From assembly GCA_963793265.1 (NCBI GenBank), contig CAWBZI010000001.1, positions 1,760,001-1,824,000 on the forward strand: a DNA stretch of 64,000 nucleotides, given 5' to 3'. The stretch comes from an uncultured cyanobacterium (GTDB lineage Bacteria > Cyanobacteriota > Cyanobacteriia > Phormidesmidales > Phormidesmidaceae). The notes beneath the pieces are model-generated. The model worked only from the letters and a program-made list of their open reading frames with translations, was not told the origin of the DNA and did no database searches. Made by a program: the position numbers and the translations under genes. Shown piece by piece: positions 61,018 through 64,000 of this stretch (position 1 is the first letter of the stretch; each line of letters opens with the position of its first letter).

Positions 61018-62100
61018 GTGGCATCTTCCTTATTTGATTCACAGCTCTCCAGCTCGCAGCTCTCTGACGCCTATAAGCAGCGCCAGGCGCTATCGATAGA
61101 CCCCAGACAAAACCCGCCTGAGCATCCCGAAAATACAGCACCCGAAAGCCTGAAACCGCAAAGCATTTCGCTTTCGATCGTCGTGCCTATCTATAACGAG
61201 GTCGAAACACTTCCCCACCTCATAGAGCAAATCGAAAGAGGCGTTTCTACCTACCCCGAGCCCTACGAAATCATCTGTATAGACGATGGCTCCCAAGACG
61301 GCTCTACCGAACTCCTCAAGCAGTTAGCACGCCGCTATAAGCACTTACGAGCCGTAATTTTGCGTCGCAACTACGGCCAAACAGCAGCGATGGCCGCTGG
61401 CTTTGAGGCAGCTCAAGGTCAGGTCATTGTCACCATGGACGGCGACTTGCAAAACGACCCGCAAGATATTCTGTCCTTAGTTTCCAAACTTAATGAAGGC
61501 TACGATCTCGTAAGTGGCTGGCGCAGAAACCGCCAGGACGCGGCTCTCACCCGGCTGCTACCTTCCAAAATCGCCAACATCATTATCGGCAAGGTGACGG
61601 GGGTCAATATTCGCGACTATGGCTGTTCGCTCAAGGCCTATCGCGCCGACCTTGTTGCCGATCTCAAGCTCTACGGAGAGCTACACCGCTTTCTCCCGGC
61701 ACTTGCCTTTATAGAAGGGGCTCGAGTGACCGAAGTACCCGTGCGTCATCACGCCCGGCAGCATGGTCAAAGCAAATACGGATTAGGCAGAACCTTCCGA
61801 GTCGTGATGGACTTGCTCACCATCACCTTCATCAAAACGTTTCTAACTCGGCCCATGCACGTGTTTGGATCTCTCGGCATGATGTCTTTGGGTACAGGCT
61901 CTGTGCTGGGCATTTATCTGGTTTTTGTAAAGGTATTTCTCGGACAGGGAATTGGCGATCGCCCCCTCCTCCTTCTAGCTGTCGTCCTCGTCTTAGCAGG
62001 CGTCCAGCTATTCTGTTTTGGCCTCCTTGCAGAGCTACTAATGCGCACCTACCACGAGTCTCAAAACAAGCCTATCTACCGCGTTAGAGAGCGCGTATAG
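61018..62100 (+). CDS. GT2 polyprenol-phosphate glycosyltransferase (ArnC/GtrB-like)
   Basis: VVPIYNE, DDGSQD, RNYGQTAA, MDGDLQNDP, DYGCSLKAYR, two C-terminal TM. Confidence 0.92.
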   Translation: MASSLFDSQLSSSQLSDAYKQRQALSIDPRQNPPEHPENTAPESLKPQSISLSIVVPIYNEVETLPHLIEQIERGVSTYPEPYEIICIDDGSQDGSTELLKQLARRYKHLRAVILRRNYGQTAAMAAGFEAAQGQVIVTMDGDLQNDPQDILSLVSKLNEGYDLVSGWRRNRQDAALTRLLPSKIANIIIGKVTGVNIRDYGCSLKAYRADLVADLKLYGELHRFLPALAFIEGARVTEVPVRHHARQHGQSKYGLGRTFRVVMDLLTITFIKTFLTRPMHVFGSLGMMSLGTGSVLGIYLVFVKVFLGQGIGDRPLLLLAVVLVLAGVQLFCFGLLAELLMRTYHESQNKPIYRVRERV

Positions 62101-62160
62101 AGACAGTCAACTAAGGAGACGCCGCAGACAAGCCAGTACAGACGAGCCAGCACACAAGCC

Positions 62161-63702
62161 ATGACGACCCACAATTTTCAATCACGCCTGACGTCCGACC
62201 GCACCAAAACGCTATCTAGCTGGCTACCCATCTCTTTGATCATGGTAGTAGCCGCCGTTCTATGCACCTTCCAGCTAGGGCGCGAAGGGCTTTGGATCGA
62301 TGAGCTGTTCAGCATACGAGATGCCCAAGTTGGCAGCATAGCAGAGGTCTATCAGGCTACCTCAACGCGCCCGCTCTACTACGTGCTGCTCAGCATTTGG
62401 ATGCAGTTTGGCAGCGGCGAGGCTTACTTGCGATCGCTCTCCGTCATCTTCGCTATTATCAGCGTTTTTCTCATCTACCGATTAGGTCGCCGCCTTGATG
62501 GGAAAGCCACCGGACTAATCGCCGCTGGGCTGCTGACCCTCTCTCCTCTATTTATCAGCCATGCTCAGGAAGTGCGTATGTACGTACTTAGCCTTTGTAT
62601 GGGGCTAGCAGGCACCTTATTTTTAGCGAACGCGCTGCTAATCGGCCCCTCTGAGCAGCCGAGCCAAAAGAACCTTGCAGGCTGGGCGCTGTTTCGCCTG
62701 CTTGCGATATACACCGTGCCCTTGAATGTCGGCCTGCTATTTCCTGACGTTCTGATTGTGCTGCTTCGCTTTCGCAAACGGCGCAGCGTACTTTTGAAGT
62801 TCGGCGCATGGCTTCTGGCCATATTAGTGCTGTGGTCACCCTCTGTTCTCAACGTCGCCGCCGACGCCGCTCCAGACACAGAGTATGCCATTGACCGGGG
62901 GCGCTATCTGAAGCCACCAGGACTTCAAAACCTCATATACCCGCTCAAATTTTGGATGGTACCGCCCCAAATCGTTAGGTTAGGAAGCGGTGCACACTGG
63001 TTCTACAAAATTTTCACACTTCCCGTACTAGGTGTCATCGGCGCTGGCCTCATTCGCAAGCACAAATCACCCGCCCTATTTTGGACAGCGGCCTGGTTCG
63101 TACTTCCGCTTTCACTAATTGTTGCGTACTCACGTATCGGGGCGCAAATATGGGAGCCTCGCTACGTCCTGTTTGCGAGCCCGTATCTCTTCCTTCTTAT
63201 CGCCGCAGGTTTCTCTCGCCTATGGCGGCAGTGGCGACCAGCTTTTCTTGCAATTGGCGCTGTTTATCTATTCGCAATGGGCTGGGCCATTCATACCTAC
63301 TACGATGTGCAAAACCGCGACGATTACCGCTTTAACATCGAAACGATAGAGCAGCAAGAGCAACCGGGAGATGCCATCGTTTGGGGATATGAGTGGGACG
63401 ATCCGCTTAATTACTATTACGATGGTAGCGCAAATATCTACCCGCTAGATATGCACGCGGTTAGAACCGAGGCAGAAGTGCAGCAGTGGGTAAGTGAGCT
63501 ACCTATCGGATATCCCAGGCTGTGGGTAGTGCTAGGCGACCCTGAGAAGGCGGAGGATACTTTTAAGTCTGTGATCGCTAGCAAATACAGCGTGATAGAA
63601 ACGTACGAAGACTTTGGCGACTTTGCTCAGCCCAACGATCAGTTCGATAGGGGCTCTATCGTTATGCTGGTCGAGCCCCTAGCTCAATCAAATCAACCGT
63701 AG
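62161..63702 (+). CDS. GT39/PMT-like membrane glycosyltransferase
   Basis: LWIDE, RPLYY, RSLSV, AQEVRMY, EPRY. Confidence 0.87.
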   Translation: MTTHNFQSRLTSDRTKTLSSWLPISLIMVVAAVLCTFQLGREGLWIDELFSIRDAQVGSIAEVYQATSTRPLYYVLLSIWMQFGSGEAYLRSLSVIFAIISVFLIYRLGRRLDGKATGLIAAGLLTLSPLFISHAQEVRMYVLSLCMGLAGTLFLANALLIGPSEQPSQKNLAGWALFRLLAIYTVPLNVGLLFPDVLIVLLRFRKRRSVLLKFGAWLLAILVLWSPSVLNVAADAAPDTEYAIDRGRYLKPPGLQNLIYPLKFWMVPPQIVRLGSGAHWFYKIFTLPVLGVIGAGLIRKHKSPALFWTAAWFVLPLSLIVAYSRIGAQIWEPRYVLFASPYLFLLIAAGFSRLWRQWRPAFLAIGAVYLFAMGWAIHTYYDVQNRDDYRFNIETIEQQEQPGDAIVWGYEWDDPLNYYYDGSANIYPLDMHAVRTEAEVQQWVSELPIGYPRLWVVLGDPEKAEDTFKSVIASKYSVIETYEDFGDFAQPNDQFDRGSIVMLVEPLAQSNQP

Positions 63703-63738
63703 TCCCCTTAAAATCGTAACCAGCTAGAGAGTAAACAC

Positions 63739-64000
63739 ATGGTTGACTTCATCGTTGCAATTCCGACCTACAACGGTGCAGACAAACTGCCGCAGCTTTT
63801 GGATAAATTGCGATCACAATCAGGCACCGCGCATTTTTCCTGGGCAGTTCTCGTTATCGACAACAACAGTACCGATAGCACCGCCGACGTTATCAAGCGC
63901 TATCAAAACGACACCACCGCATCGGTATCTGTGCACTACGCCTTTGAAAAGCAGCAGGGGGCAGCCTTTGCTAGGCTCAAGGCCATGAGCGTCGCCAATG
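63739..64000 (+). CDS. Second HpsE-like GT2, runs off window edge (absent from ORF track)
   Basis: MVDFIVAIPTYNGADKLPQLLDKLRSQ...DNNSTD...QQGAAFAR, paralogous to the gene at 37627. Confidence 0.88.
   Translation, partial: MVDFIVAIPTYNGADKLPQLLDKLRSQSGTAHFSWAVLVIDNNSTDSTADVIKRYQNDTTASVSVHYAFEKQQGAAFARLKAMSVAN

Noticed and set aside
63743..63988. 81-aa ORF from the track
   Set aside because: Off-frame shadow of the HpsE-like gene starting at 63739

Overview
Cyanobacterial chromosomal window (frequent HIP1 octamer GCGATCGC, kaiABC, cytochrome c6-like gene; a Leptolyngbyaceae-type host is my inference). Left to right: two receiver/histidine-kinase hybrids, a heterodimeric ABC exporter, recQ, a fasciclin gene, an ergothioneine cluster (egtC-egtB-egtD, egtD frameshifted), a receiver-thioredoxin-reductase/cNMP-kinase pair interrupted by decayed cargo, a toxin-antitoxin patch (Fic plus four PIN modules, several toxins broken), TRAP transporter, tRNA-Arg(CCG), kaiABC, metH, cbiT, and a ~26 kb surface-glycan locus bracketed by two HpsE-like glycosyltransferases and containing a DUF4347-SGNH-5xPA14 protein. 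Best leads: (1) local G/C skew appears to flip at many HIP1 sites regardless of gene direction; (2) a promoter, 32-codon leader ORF and attenuator-like RNA precede a small uncharacterised gene; (3) a glycosyltransferase fused to a degenerate EAL domain; (4) unusual tailoring genes in the glycan locus. All family calls come from motif recognition by eye; no searches were run. Some frameshifts may be sequencing errors.
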